Shown: piece by piece, positions 36,289 through 51,179 of the stretch
Layout of the letters: every line of letters begins with the position of its first letter
Position numbering within the stretch: the first letter of the stretch is position 1
DNA from: Camelus dromedarius
Taxonomy: Eukaryota
Assembly (NCBI RefSeq): GCF_036321535.1
Contig: NC_087436.1
Coordinates: 38,318,001-38,382,000, forward strand
Direction: 5' to 3'
DNA: 64,000 bases
Made by a program: the position numbers and the translations under genes
The notes under the pieces: generated by a model
Told to the model about the DNA's origin: nothing
Databases searched by the model: none
What the model saw: the letters and a program-made list of their open reading frames with translations, nothing else

Positions 36289-37339
36289 GACACTAGGATA
36301 AATTTTACCACAGTGTTATTTTAATAGTAAACAATAAGGAACAACACAGAGATCCATTCATACAGGGCATTGGGGTATTTTCATGTAATGCAATAGTATG
36401 TGGCCATTAAACATGATGATTATCTATTTATTGAATGAAAAATTCCATATTTTGATGCTACAATTAAAATCTGGTTACAAAGCAGTTCACGTTCACACAA
36501 AGAATTAGATCTAAAGACAGAGAGAGAGAGAACGAAACTGTAAGTTTCTCCAATGTATTAACAGTATTCATCTCTGAATCGAAGAATTTGCAGTGCTTTT
36601 CACTCTTCTATTTATGCTTTTCTACATTATTTGATTTCCTTACAATAAGCATATATTATTTTTGTCATCATATAAAATGAGAAATTTATTTTTATTTATT
36701 ATACATGTTTTACTAGACATCTAAATATTCATGAATACTTTTTTTAAGACCAATTATTGGCAACTTGACTTTGGAGCAATGAAACTTGATGCCTTAAAAA
36801 GTACAATGTGCCTGTTCTGATTTGGTATTTCAGTCTTAGGCTATGTACTGCACAAAATGCCAGAATATCTGGTAAGAAGTGATGGATTTAGCTTGAATGT
36901 ACAAAACCTGTAAATAAAACCCAATACTTAACTTTTGACAACCAAGTTATAATCATGATAAATATTCTTACCTTCTTGGAGCAAAATTACACTTAGGCCT
37001 ATGGCCTAATTCATTTTTCTACATAATATGCAAGACTGGATAAACACTCCTTAACTCCTCAGATGTGGGATCATAAATAGACCAGTAATATAATTTATGT
37101 AGGAAAAAAACAATAACCAGTACAATTTTAGGCCCAAAAGGCCAAGATGGATTAGAAAACAAAATTATCCTGGCAGAAAAGCCTTGAGTACATTTAACCT
37201 ATGTAAAACATCAAACCTGTGGAACACTTTAGAATGCATTTGAAACCTATGCAGAAGAGTTTAGAACCAACCCAGTCTTCTAATGGCCACCAGATATCTC
37301 AACTTGAATTAGACCTGAACATTATAGCAAGTAGCCCAT

Positions 37340-37495
37340 GGGATCATAATGAATTAAGACAGTATACTCTCACCTGGAAAACTGGTTTAACATTAAATAT
37401 CAAATAGGTTTCTTTTGCAGATTAAATGAGACACAACACATAAATCATCTAGTATGGTGCTTACATAATAGGTACTTATTAAATATTAGTTCTCT
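37340..37495 (+). mobile_element. MIR 3' half
   Basis: 'gattaaatgaga...acataataggtacttattaaatattagt'. Confidence 0.6.
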
Positions 37496-38059
37496 TTTTA
37501 TCCATCATTTGATATGTATAGAGGACTAAGTTCACTGAGTTATTACCCATCAGGAAAACAATGCCTTTGAACTGGAGACATATGAATACTGAATATCTAG
37601 AATCAAAATTTCAGACAGGATTACAGGACATAAAACAGTTGTACCAAAGAGTTCTTAGAAGTCAGTAGCTTAGCTAGTAAATTGTATTAATATTGTTTTT
37701 GTTGCAAGCTCAATGTTTGCTATTCCTTGTCCTATGGCACTTGCGCTACAGTCTGTAGACAGATGAGGTTGGGGCAGGGGTGTTGTTTTCATTGGTCTAA
37801 GAGCAAAACACAGTTTTACCTCTCCTTTATGAATATGAGTTATTTCCCACAAGAGGGTGTTGATAAAGCAGGAGAATATCAATTTTAGGTGAAGATCTTA
37901 GCACATGAGAAGGACTGGGGGATATTAATAGAATCAAGAGGCTCTGTTCAATTAGATATTTAGTAATGCCAGGGGATGGCACCACTGCTTTCAAGATGTG
38001 GTGGAGGCATCACATATGATAAATAGAAAAGTGCCTCCCACAAGTCCTTAATAATGACA

Positions 38060-38310
38060 TTAGCCAACCGTAGCTGATTATTTTCCATGGGCCGGGCTCC
38101 TTGCTCAGCACTTTACTTGCAATATCTCACTTGATGCACACGTGAACCCCATGAGATACAGACTATTATTAACTGAGCTGTACAAATGAGGAAACTGAGA
38201 ACGATAGTGATTTTGGGACTTGCTGAAATTCACACAGCTATTAACTATCACAGGCAGGATTCATATCTAGAAAATTAGACTCCAGAGCTTTATAGTGACA
38301 ATGATTCCAT
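38060..38310 (-). mobile_element. MIR
   Basis: 'acaaatgaggaaactgag...gacttgct...tcacacagcta...gcaggattc...gactccagagc'. Confidence 0.8.
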
Positions 38311-39199
38311 ACGGTCTCTCTTGCTGTTCACGTTTCTGGGGCAATACCCGAAAGGGCTCTTCATAGCAAAGCTCAGTAATACATTTTGTGATGAGTTCAA
38401 TCTACTGGGTTTGGGCTTGGGAACTGTTTTTTTGTTTTGTTTTTTTTTTTTTAGCTTCCAAAAATTGGTAACATTAGGGAAACTGAGGCAATTAAGTAAA
38501 AGTCAAATTGGTATTTGGAATAGTTGTATCTTGCTCTGAATCTCTTACATACTAACCTAATTCTGCCAATATCTTTTATACCACCTAAAATTATTTGTAC
38601 TATGCATAACAAGTTCGTAGGCAGTAAACAGATGTAATTTAATTTTGAAGTAAAAATTGAAAGAGAACTTCTCCTCAGTCACCCTTTGAATCATCCAGAA
38701 GCTCAAACTGAGCATTTTGAGGGGCATGTATTGGTAAGTCATGATTTTCTGGGAAAACATCAGAGCTGGACCTAACTCAGTGATGAGGTGCCTGCCTCCC
38801 CATTATCTCTACTGGAAATATTTTTGGTCTTCATTTTCTATAACCCTGCTGGATCCACTGTTTCCTGAATCTTCTCTCTACTGCTTCCAATCCAGCTATG
38901 GTTTCTTCTCTTGCTTGACTGACCTCAGAAGGTCAACTGCCATTTAAGGTTGAAAACAGAAGGCAAGTCCTAAGTAGTTCTTGATCTTGCCCTCTTCCCA
39001 CCGCTGCCACACAGCTATTCACAGGCTCCAAGCTGGTCGCCAGCAGCCTCGCTGGCCCCAAGCTCTCTTACTCGCTTATCCTTGTTCTACTCCTGATATC
39101 ATAGTCAAGTCCCATCTATTGGAAGCCAAAGGTAGTCTACCTGGAGTCTGGTTTCCAGTGAATGTGGGTGAGCTTATTTCAAACTCTGTTTACCTTTGA

Positions 39200-39365
39200 A
39201 GGGAGTGATACATTGAGCTTGGTTGGTGAACACATCCAGATGCTAGGAAGGGGGTGCCCCTAGAGAAAGCATGGAAGCTACAGACCACCCCTCCTTCCCA
39301 TACCTTGCCCAATGCATCTTTTCCATTAGGCTGTTCCTGAGTTGTACCCTTTATAATAAACCATT
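39200..39365 (+). mobile_element. MER21-like LTR fragment
   Basis: 'ggttggtgaacacatcc...gcatggaagct...cccataccttgccc...ggctgttcctgagttgtaccctttataataaacc'. Confidence 0.75.
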
Positions 39366-41724
39366 TAACTACAATGAGAACAACCAAGGATTTTTAAATA
39401 TTTCCCCTTTAGAGGCAAAATGACAAACTCTGCATTAACTCTAGTTTGTCTTAAGAAGTCCTAGGGCTGATGATGTACTAGTGTCTTAAACACAGAAGAT
39501 GGTAAAGAATAGCAATAAGTTGAAAATAAAAAGAACAAAGAAATTGACTACTGCGTTGTCCAGTGTTGGATGGACAAAGACAGCATGAGTTCACTGAAAA
39601 AGGACATCTTCAACTACACAAAATTAGCATCGTTTTTATGATTTTATCCTTTGTATTTCAACTTACTCATCTACAAAGTGATAATTCACTTACTAAATAA
39701 ACATATATTTAGCATTTGCTATGTTCTATGTTATGCGCTAGGAATTTTAGGCATAGTGATATGTAAGAAAAATCTGCCTGCAGACTCTAGTCATGGATGC
39801 TCAAAACTTAACCCCAGCAAATGCAGTCATTGTTTAAGATATCAAAGCATGTGAAAAAAACTAGAAATAAAAAAGGCGTGAAGGCATACTAGTTGAAATT
39901 TTTTAAAAGTTATCTTTCTTTTTACTTTGAGGTCACTATTAATTGCAATTTACACAACTTAAAACTTGAAAAATAAAATCTCCAATTCTTTTCATACTTC
40001 CTATATTCATGACAGGATAATAAGACTTTTAGACAATATAATTCCATTTTTTATCTTCTTAATGTAAAAACTTTGGTACAGTGATTGATATAACAATAAA
40101 TAATAGAAAAGTAATTATATTTGTCTTTATCTGATTTCTTTAAATAACCGTAAAGTAGTAAAAATGTTTAAAGATTCCTTTTAAAGTATTATCAAATCAT
40201 CCACAGACAGCATTAACATTTAATAAGGATCACTTTGTAGATGAGTAAGTTTTATTTTAAAGAGGAAAGTCTCAAATTTCTTAAAAATGTGAGACATTTT
40301 CAACTATGAAGACTCTGCATATGCGTTATTTCAAGTCAGTCATATACACAAACTTAATGATGTAAACCATTTTAAATTAAGTTAATTAAAATTTGTAGCA
40401 TTTAAAATTGATTGATGTAATTTATGTTGTGCTTTCTCTAAACAGTGTGAACACTAATGAGATGTAGATTTCCCATCATCACTTTGAATTGAGAAAGAAT
40501 AGGTAAAACTTCTAAGTGTAAAGGAATATATTTTGAAATGATTAACAAAGTAAATTATTCCTATTAAATCTGACATAACGCATATTTTTAAAAACATAAA
40601 AACACTGTGTAAAAAGAAACAAACAATTTTTAAACAGTATTTTGTGACTCCACATGAAATATTTTGTCTATAATTAGACAGAAAAATGATAGCTGCTGTA
40701 AAAGCTGAGGTTGGTCTCTGGTGACTAATTTCTCCAGCTGATCTGTAAAATAATATTCCTATTTTAGTCTCCCTGAACCTTTTCTCCATCATTTTGTTCT
40801 AGACTGAACACTTATTCCTTACCCCATAGCTACCCTTCCTCATCTACTAAAGATGCAAAATGTCTGCAGTGAACTGTACAGAGGACCAATATAAAACATG
40901 TTTTACATTGTGATTTAAAATAATATGGTTTGGCTAAAGCTGAATTTTTAATTAAGACAAATTTAGCTGATTTCAAATTACTATTAAAACAATGCATGTT
41001 TATTATAGTAGAATTAAAATACAAAAAAGCATAAAAATTATCTATACCTATATGTAAGTCCATCACACATAGAGACATCTATATTTTGAATATTTACATA
41101 TATTCTCATAATATGTATATTCACATATATATTACACTCATAAAGATATTTTGTGAAATCAAATAACATATATGCTTTTTGATTCCTGCTTTTTTGCTTA
41201 AAACTATAATATGAAAATGTCTCACTAGCAAAAGTATTTTTGCTTACAAGTGGACAGAATTGTTTGTTTGTTTTTTAATGATGGCTGTACAGCATTGATT
41301 AGAGTGTAGGTAATTTGGCACCCCTATAGCTAAAACTGTATTTCAGCCTTTCTAGAATGAATTTAGCAATGTACTTTAAGAGTTTTAAATATCACTTGCT
41401 GGTGTTAAAATGTGAAAAGTCTTTTTTACCTCATATTCTGGATGTGTACAAATTTCCATTACAAGGATATTTGTTACAACGCACTTTATAATTTCCAAAA
41501 ATAATAACACACCAAAATGTATAACAAGAGGTATCTGGTTAAAAAAATATAATATATCCATGCCACATAAGAACACCTTAAAATACGTAGATTAAGGAAG
41601 AATACGAAAATGCTTCAACATTCAGTTCATATACAATTTTAATACTGGTTTTGTAAAATATCACAATCTCAGTAAACAGTCTTACCTGTAGTACTACAGA
41701 ACGGAGAATGGGGACTATCACTGA

Positions 41725-42030
41725 AGTATGGTTGATTTACACAGAATTCTGGGAAATGCAGACTAAGGTACAGTGACAGAAAGCAGATCAGTGGTTGCCA
41801 GGGGTGGTAGAGGAGAAGCATCGAGGGAGGGATGACAAAAGGGAACTTTTGGGATGATGGATATGTGTACCGTGTTGATTGTGGTAATAATTTCTCAGGT
41901 GTACGTACACCTATGTCAAATGTGTCAAACTGTATGCTTTAAATAAGTACATGCATAGATACATTTGAAATATGATTTAAAATGTATTTATGGTTTGTCA
42001 ACTTTGCCCCAATAAAGCTGTTAAAAAAAT
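41725..42030 (+). mobile_element. L1MC-type 3'UTR
   Basis: Same 'cagtgacagaaagcagatcagtggttgcc' motif as at about 6312, ending 'caataaagctgttaaaaaaa'. Confidence 0.85.
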
Positions 42031-42229
42031 AAAATAGAAAGTCTGGCAGTACTGGGTGTTGGTGAGGACGTGGAGCAGTCATACATATTTTTGGTAGAAT
42101 GTTTAAGACAGCTGTATTGGAAAATAGTCTTGCAATTTCTTAGAAAGTTAAACATACGACCCATTCCTAGATATTTACTTCAGAGACATAAAAAACATAC
42201 GCCAACAACAACAAAATTGTTCCTAAGAT

Positions 42230-43500
42230 TGCTGATGATCCTGTCTCAGAGTTTATGGATAATTTTAGTCCTGATCTTTTTGATTTCTCAGTCATTAACA
42301 CTCCTGACTGCTCACTGCTTCTTCCAGTTCTCTCTTCCTTGTCCTCTCTGAACTACATTCTCTTCATTTTCTTCCTACGTACTTGGTACCTCTTTCTAGT
42401 TCACCTTTGAGATTTCACCGTTCTTAATACAGCCATTAAATGTTCCTATCTTGGCTTATTCTTATTTGCCTTCTCTTCTTACACAACGCTCTTCCTCTAG
42501 GCTAATTTCATCTATTTCCACAGTTTCACTAAGTAAATACCTCACAATAACTTTCTCCTAAGCTCCAGATTTCTATCTTCAGCCACCTATGGAACAATCC
42601 AGGTAAATTTCTCAAAGGTTGAGCAATGTCAGTACATCCTAGACTGAATATGATCTTACACCCACAAACTGACATTCTTATAGTATCTAATAACTCAGTA
42701 AATGGCAACATCACCCATCCAATTCCTTAAAACTTAAGCTGGAGTCAAGGATGCTTGACACCTTCCACTCCATCACCTCCCACATCAAAGAAATTACAGA
42801 GTTCAAGAAACTCACATTATCATTTCTAAATTCCCTTAACTTCTCTCCATCTACACTGCCTCGCTTCTAAGCAAATTTATCTTCGTCTTTCACCTGGATT
42901 GCTGCAATAACTGGCCTCCAAGAATTTATTCTAGTCCCTGTCCAATCTGTACTCTACGGTAGGGAAATTCGCATTTTCAAAATGTAAACCTGATCTTCTC
43001 GCATCTGTAATCCTTCTTCTCCCCCTACATAGCCCAGTTTATAATTTTTTTTTTCTGTCGTCTTAGAAAAAGCAAAATCCTTAACATGTCCTACAGGGCA
43101 CTATTAATATGGTCTGGTTCTTACCAACCTCTCCAGTGTTTTTCCCTACCCCTTCCATGCCTTCTCCAGTCACTCTGGCTTTCTTTCCACGCTTCCTACC
43201 TCCACAAGGATTTTACACATACTGGTCACTCAATATAGGATTCTCTTCTTGCTCCCTACCTACACCTGGTTAATCCCTACTCAATCCTCTGTTCTCAAGG
43301 GAAAGATCATGTCCTTTACTTCTCCACATTAGATTAAGTTTACCTGTTATATACTTTTCCAGAATTGAATCCTTCTATTTTCCTTGAATTTACCAAATTT
43401 AAAATTATGCTTTATTAATTTGATTGGTTGCATTATATCGGCATATATCCTCTAAAGTATAAGTTCCAGGAACAGTGTTTTAGTTCGTCTTTGTCTCCAC
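42230..43500 (+). mobile_element. Long L2 fragment
   Basis: Pyrimidine-rich, with 'ctcctaagctccaga', 'ctcagtaaatggcaacatcaccc', 'cacctggattgctgcaata' and 'aaatccttaacatg'. Confidence 0.8.
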
Positions 43501-45264
43501 AGGGATACTTTTCACCTACTGGTAATAATTTCTCACGAATAAGCTATGTGTCTGGGAAAAGGATCTCATCATGAGGCTCCTTAAGTATTGTAGTGATTTT
43601 TGTATTGTGTAACATATCCTGATGGGTGACTGATTATTTTTAATATACAAGTAAATTTGTAAGTTTTTATAAAATTTGGATCACAAATTCACAAAAGGCT
43701 TTCATTGAAGTAGGTGTCACTATCAAAGCACTTGAACACTTGGTTCCAGTTTGTTATTTTCTTGTTTTATTTTTTTTTAAGATGGCCTGTTGTCCTTTGA
43801 TCTTGCTCTGACACCTGCACCAACCTACTTCTTTCTTCTTAAGGGGTCCCTGTAGGATCCGAGGTCATGTGGATAAAATTAAAATAGAGATCATGCGATT
43901 GAAACTATTCTTCACAACTTCTCCCAAAACACACAGACACATATTCACACAAACACTTGGATCTGATTTTCAAAGGGCTTAATTTGGCTTTTAAATTTTA
44001 TAACACCATTTAATGGATTTTCTCACATAGACAGCAGAACAGAAGGTACCTAAATTTTGTGTTACAAAATTAATAGTTTGTGACAGTGCATGATCATTTC
44101 CCTTTCACTGACATTCTAATATTTCCCTACATCTTCAATATTACTTCCATTAAACTATTTTATGACTTTTTTTTTCAGCTGGCTTTTTTGAAAGGCTATC
44201 TCATCCATCACCATGAAGTGATCAGATGAGCATTACAATTGCTTAATGTTTCCTCTGCAAAATATAAACAAGTTAGGGTAGGAAGTAGGAGATTTCTTTG
44301 AGGAACCAGCTAAGAATCATGGAATTACTTTACATCTGTTTCTTAGTAATGTGTTTTCTGTTTTCAGTAAAGGCAAAAATGTGGTCTCAGAAGTCAACAA
44401 ATCCCTTACAAAGAAGAATTAGACGTCTTTAAAGAGAGTATTAATTTACAGAATTTATCAAACTACTACAACAGGTATCAATGAAAAATGGAGTAATATT
44501 TATTGTAAAATATGAACTTTAATTCTATAGAAGAATCAAAGAAAGTTACTTTTTAAGATATCATACGACTTGAAACAACTTTATGAACTTCAAAAGCACA
44601 GGTAAAATTTCCCCAATTATGTATCTCTCCTTTCAGGATGATTCACCACATGTAACTGTACATACACCTGGTGACTACATATACTGAATCAACATTTAAT
44701 GTTAACATACTTCAGCAATAAAGCAGAAATAGTCTCTTAAGATGGGAAAAAATAGTAAAAATTAATTTTGCACTCTTCTCATTCTTCCCTCTTAACTCCC
44801 CAAATCAAGTTAACATTTTCTTGAGCAATTTCCAAAAGGACTCTTAATTAAACAATCCCCAGATACCTACTTTTTGCTTATTCCTTATCAGGCCATTATC
44901 TCTGACATAGCCCAGCCAAACTAGAAATTCAGGGCTAATTTGGAATACCCCTTGTTTTCTTACAGCTTGAAGTAAAGATAAAGGTCAGAAGCAGGCTTAA
45001 GGAGATGGACAGAAGTCATGAGTTAGAAATAAACAAAGGAAGTTTCTTTGCAGTAGAACTATTTAAAACATATGCCAATAAAATGTTCAAAGGATTCCTA
45101 CAGGGCTCCAAAGATAAACACATGCAATTTTTTTTTCTTGGAAAACTCCACTTACCTGAAGATTTAAACTCAAATATATAATGTGGTTCTATGGAAAAAT
45201 ACAAAAGACAGCCATTTGATATTTTAGGTATATACCAGGAATTAAAAATTTTAGTGCAGGTGAC

Positions 45265-45465
45265 CATGAATCCCAGCTCAAACTGCTATTTGCTGCATGA
45301 CTTGGGGCAAGTCCTTTAGTGTCAGCTTGCCTCCGTTTCCTTATCCATAAATGGAAAATAATCACAATATGCACCCCGTGAAGTGTTAAAATGAATAATA
45401 CATGCAAAATTCTTAAAACCATGTCAGTCTCACAGAAAATGCTCACTAAATACTAGCTATTATAC
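45265..45465 (+). mobile_element. MIR
   Basis: 'gaatcccagctc...tgacttggggcaagtc...gcctccgtttccttatccataaatgg...tgctcactaaatactagctatta'. Confidence 0.85.
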
Positions 45466-45699
45466 AATTTTATTATTATCATCAGCATTATTCTAATAAG
45501 GCTAGGGCATTGGAGAGGCTGGACATGAAAAAGCCTAACCTGTATAAAATCAGCAGCAGTAACTCTGTGGAAAGTGCTGAGGCTCACTTCAAAACACAAT
45601 GAAAAATCTGAGAACACACATATTCCCTTCTTGGTCCTCACCTGGTGAGAATTAAAATTTTAACGACAGGGCTATTTTTCCATATGTTTAATGTTGGCT

Positions 45700-46030
45700 G
45701 TCGTAGAAGTTAAGGAGTTGAGGAAAAAAAATAAACAGAAAGATGAGAAAAGTGTAGAGACATAAAAAACAATCCAGAAGGTCCAAAACAAAGAATAGAA
45801 ATTGGAAGAGGGGATGTTATTAAAGATACAGTAAAAGAAAATTTTCCAGAGTTGAGAAACACTGTATGTTTTCAGATTAAAAGAGAAAAAAACAAATGCT
45901 TCCAGAGATTAAAAAAAAAAAAAGTACTTGTCATCTACCAGGAACTACGGAACAAGAATCAGTCTGTTACTGGTTTTCTCTTTGGGTATATTAGGTGCTA
46001 GGAAATAATGGAATAATACTTCCAAAGTTC
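45700..46030 (+). mobile_element. Old L1/HAL1 ORF1-like fragment
   Basis: 'atccagaaggtccaa...aagaaaattttccagagttgag...ttttcagattaaaag...aatggaataatacttccaaagttc'. Confidence 0.55.
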
Positions 46031-46139
46031 CCCAAGTCCCAAAACTCAGTGAAAATTGATTCTGGAATGCTTTCTGCACAAAAATCCTGAATGAACAGTT
46101 GCTTACTCATAAGTTTTTGTTTTGTATTCTCTGGTCTTA

Positions 46140-46575
46140 TGAGGTAAGTCTATAGAGCTATAACAAAACCACCCTCAAATAAAGACATAAGACAAGACCT
46201 GTTTACTGTTTCAGAATATAGCCCACAGGCTTGCAATACCAGTCCAGTAGGACAACTCTGTCATTTTCTACATGCACCTTGCATCTCTACATCCATGGTG
46301 GTTTCTCCAGACTTTCCAACACATTCATATCTCAGCAGGGAAGAGTAAAAAGTGAGTATAGTGTTTATCTGTTCCTTTTAAGGACATGATTTGGAATCGG
46401 CACATATTATTTTGGTTCACATTCTTTTAGGTATAAATTAGTCACACAACCAAATCCAGATGATAGTGAGTCGTGTTGGACTTGCTGAGTGACTATGCAC
46501 CCAGCTAAAATTTGGAAGTATAGTTCCAAAAAAAGAAGGGGTAAATTAACCCCAGTGGAAAAGCAGCCGTCGCTC
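46140..46575 (-). mobile_element. Old MaLR LTR (MLT1-like)
   Basis: 'gctataacaaaaccaccctcaa...ttcacattctttt...ttagtcacacaacc...tgcacccagctaaaa'. Confidence 0.5.
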
Positions 46576-47495
46576 TTACTGGTCTGTAAATATATCAAAA
46601 GCCCATGCGATACTCCCTAGCCTTGGGTAGCATTTTAGGACATTTTCTTTTTTCACTATGTAACTAAAAGTGACTAGATATAGATATCAAAAACAGTTAT
46701 TGACTAATATGCTTTATTTATTGCAACCCAATTAATCCAAATATAAGTCTATTGTGCAATAGATAAATAGAAGGTACTATCCAGACTTCTTGCAATGAAT
46801 CAGAACCATTCCCAGTACAAATGCTAGTTTGTGCAATACTATAAATAATTTATATAAGACTTCTTGAGATTTTAATATAATTATTTCAAGTTTATGTGGC
46901 ATTTTTCCTTTATTAATTTTACTTTAATAACTATAATTACCCCGTATACAGAAGAACATTCAATTTTTTTCTTTTTTAATCAGCTATATAGTCCACTTTT
47001 TAAGGAATAAGCAAAAGGAACAAAGAAACTAATTTTAAAAAGTTCCTTTTTTGAGGAAAATAGACCTAAACTATGTGAAACTAGAATATCAAGGAATAAA
47101 ATGATACAAAAATATCTTTCGGATATACTCATTTAGTAAAGAAAAGTGGAGAAGACTGTAAAGGAGTTGCTACAACTAATTATAAGAGATTAAATTACAA
47201 AAAGTATGCTGATGTTAATTTGAAAGTTGAGAGTTATCTACTAAGATGGAATGATAGAAATAACCTCAGTATGTTTTGAATTACTTAGATGATCTCTTCA
47301 ATTTTATATTTTTGCCTTTAGAAATTCTTTCAGATCAACGACTGGATTCAGTAACAATAGATAGTATTCCATTACTTCCTGAAGACATAAGATTTATAAA
47401 CTATTATGAGAATATTGTATTATTAGTCTTAATTTTGAAATTGCTTCTTTAAACATAAATTATGGTCTGACAGATTGCTACATAGTTCAATCTCA

Positions 47496-48350
47496 CTCAT
47501 TCATTCATTCAACAAATATTTATTACAGGACCACAATATGCCAGGCATTGTTCTAGGCCTTTGGGGCACAGATATGGAAAAAAAGAAAAAAGATACCAAC
47601 AAATCCTTGTCTCATAGAGCTTGCAGCCTGCAGGGGAACACATAATAAAGAGAGTCCATAATCAGATTATGTGATATTTTAGAAGGTGACATGTGGTACA
47701 TAGAAAAGAAGGGGACAGAGAAGATCCAGAGTGTGGGGATGGGGGGGGGGGGGAACTGGCAATATTAAATAGGATGGCCAGGGAGGCCTCAGGGGAGATG
47801 CTGTGAAGCATCCAAATGTTTGGAGGAAGAGAGTTCTCAGCACAGGTAGAGCCAGCATAAAGGCCTTAATCTGGGAGACTGGATGGTCTGTTTCAAGAAG
47901 CAAAGAATGAACAGAATGAAACAGAGTGGCCAACGAGGAGAGGTCTGCAGGGAATGTTCCAGGTGGAAGACTCTGAGGCTGGAAGGAACTAGCCAGAGAA
48001 GTGGATGGAGTCTGAAAGGAAGCCAAAGCCCCCCCAACAGAGGCCTGCAGGCCACAGGGACGGCTCTGGGTTTTATTCTATGTAGCTTGTGCACAGAATG
48101 ACCTACCCTGCTTCAATTTTACAAGCTACTTTTGACTGCTGAGTGGAGAATAGAATGTAGGGGCAACAGTGGGAGGAGGCTGCTGAGGGAATCAGAGCCA
48201 GCCAAAGTGCTGGCCGAGACCTGCTGTAGAGAAGCGGTTAAGACAGTGGACAAGACTTGATGAATGTCACATATGAAGGCAGGAGTAAAATCAAGGCTGG
48301 CTCCTACGTTTTCACCTAAAGAACTAAATAAACTGAGGTAATATTGACTG
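47496..48350 (-). mobile_element. L2 3' end, about 850 bp
   Basis: Hallmark tail 'tcattcattcattcaacaaatatttatt...tgccaggcattgttctagg', then 'ggttttattcta' and 'gactgctgagtggagaataga'. Confidence 0.9.
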
Positions 48351-50569
48351 ACCTGTCTGTATTTGTTTTGTAAAAGAATTCACCACATAATTTTTTTGAA
48401 GTTATAACCTTCATATTTGCATTAAAAATATGATTGAAGGAAAGGTAAGATTTTGTCTATCACATCAGAAACAAAATTCCACCCTGAATCAAGGTGTGCT
48501 TTTATTTCATCTTTCTTTTTTCCTTAATATTATATATAATTGCTAATTAAAAATTTAATGGATTATCTATGAACCTACCAATGACAAAAAAATCTGGAGA
48601 CTGGTTTCCAATCATCTGTACTTCCTGCTTAATGAGAGTGAAAATGAGGTAACCAACACTACATACCTGCTATTAAGCTGAAGAAAAGGCCATTTTATAG
48701 GCATGAAACTCCTGTGGTCTGCCAAATGTTCCTACTCACTCACCTTTTGGGAGCGTAATTACCATTCTAAGATTGCTAAAGCAATAGAATATGCCTTTAT
48801 CTATTTTCCTTCAGGCTGAAAAACTTTTAATGTTTTTAAAAGTTCACTTTCCAGGCTCCTTATTTGATTTATGAGAATTAAGGTGACATTTCTGCATCAC
48901 CTCAATCAAATCTGATAATACATTTCTTAACCCAGTAAAAATTCCCCTCGTAATAATAATAACAAGTTTATTTTGCTGTGAGGCATTATTAATTGTGCAA
49001 CGTATGGCTATAATTGAAATGTACCCATTTTTGGTTGATACTTTAATTATCCCATTAGCCAGAAAATAGACATTATGAAACTTTGAAAAATAATCTTTGG
49101 TAGTTTAGAACCAATTTTTTTTAGCCATTCTTACAAGCATTCTGTTAGTCTTCTGCAATCCTTTAAACTTGGGAGAATTCTCTTCAAATTCAACTTCTTT
49201 TCCCTTAATATATCTAACATTTCCCCCTAAACTATTAACAATTTCCTTCTTGAAGGTCTGAAGGAAATTCAAATCTTATTACACCTAACTCTCCCTTTTA
49301 CTCTAATCTTCATTTTGGAAGCTTTCTCTGCTCTTGTTTCTGTACAAAGTTCCCTGCTTCACATGGTTCAGAGAATCTCCAAACTTTTACAGCTCATGGC
49401 TTTTGATCTTGACTCTCTAGCCATGAAAAATGCATGAGAAATTTTACTATTATTTTGCAAACAGGCCCAAAAGTAATAGAAAAGGACAGCTAAATCTGGA
49501 CCTAAATGAATTCGAGGTTTTCACCTAGGAGAGAATGGTAGCCCAGAAACAGGGAGTAAGCTTTAAATCATGCTGAACCAAAATGTTTCATGCCCAGCAA
49601 GAGATTAATCAGACACAGAAAGGCAAAACTGATCAATGTAGAAATCTTAGTTACATCAAGGAGAACTGTGTGTCTTGGGGTTAATGCGGCGTAATGATAC
49701 CACAGCTCCTCCTCTCCTATTCTGTAGTTCTGTGTGTCCAACAGCAGGGGTATTCACAGAATATTTGTGGTATCTAGGGTAGGTGGAGAGAGAGCATGGT
49801 AGCTGTTTCACAAACTTTAGCTCCATAATTTACTTTAAATTTTTACTGACACACACAAAAAAAGGACATGAACTACTTTACACGTGGTTTTAGTCCTTCT
49901 TGACTGGCTGATGAGTAAATGTATTTGGCCAGAAGGAAATCAGTTAGCTCAATAAGGTGGCACCAGAGAAAGCCGGGCTCTTACTCTCCTCATGAGCATC
50001 CTGTTATTTTTGTTTTCTTTCATACGGTAAATGTTAAGAGTCAATCCTTAACCTCTCCCCTCTTTCTCAAGTCTTCATCTCATAATACGTAATTGCAAAG
50101 ATCTTCAATTGTAAGACACATCAGAAAAACACACATATCCCCAATATTAAAATGTACTCCAAATTCAAAATTATTAAAGTTGTAAAATACAGGAAACTTT
50201 CAATCAGAAAGCATAAAATTGTGTATTAATGATTCCCCAATCTATAATTTTATCCCCATCTCTCTCCCATCAAACTGCCTACTAGTCATTGTTAGGCACA
50301 TACCCTGCCTCCAAACCTGTTTCCTCTCTTCTCTTTATTACTTACAGAAACAGTAAGTAGAGTGCTATCATTGACTTGGTATCTCTATCAAGTTAGAGAT
50401 ACCCTCTAACCTTCACTTCCTATGCTCCATGTTCAGCCTGTCATCAACACTTTGTTTTGTGCCTCATACGTGTTCCTGTCTTTTCTTTCTAGGTACTGAC
50501 CTTATCACAGAATGTCTAGAGTACTCAAACAGCATCTCAATTGATGACTATGCTTCTAGGCAGAAGAAG

Positions 50570-50820
50570 GATAAATGTCATTGTTGTAAGAGCTCTAACA
50601 TCAAACTCCTGATTTCACCTCAGGGGTCCACCACTTAACATGAAGGTGACTTTGAACAAATTAATTGCTTCTTATGGCTCTTTTCCTCACGTATAGACTG
50701 AGCATAAGAACAGTACTTCCCTCATGGGATTGTTATGAATATTAAAGGAAGGAATACATGGAAAGCATTAGAAAAACATCTGGAATTCTAGCAAGCATTC
50801 GTAAGACATTACCTACTAAG
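50570..50820 (+). mobile_element. MIR
   Basis: 'gtaagagctct...ccaccacttaac...gtgactttgaacaa...ctcatgggattgttatgaatattaaa'. Confidence 0.7.
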
Positions 50821-50894
50821 ACACCACATTCCAATTCATTTGACACAAATGTGTTAGTGTCAGCTTTATTAAAATACCAATTAGTTTAGCCATT

Positions 50895-51145
50895 AAACAT
50901 AAATATGTTTAGCAAATGTGTCTGTTGGGTACTAGGCATTGTTCTAAGTATTAAGAATAGGTAAACAGAACAAAATCATTGACAAACAGCTGAAGCAGGG
51001 GAGATACAGACAATAAACAAGAGAACTATATGAACAAACAGTTTATATCATGATAATGGTTATGATCAGATAAAACTAGATGATACGATAAACATGGAGG
51101 TTGTGGCTACTTTAGAAGGTTAGAGAAAACATTGTAAAGGAGGCG
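50895..51145 (-). mobile_element. L2 tail fragment
   Basis: 'taggcattgttctaag...ggagatacagacaataaacaa...gctactttaga'. Confidence 0.55.
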
Positions 51146-51179
51146 ACGAGACATTTTAATAATGTCACATAAATTGTAT

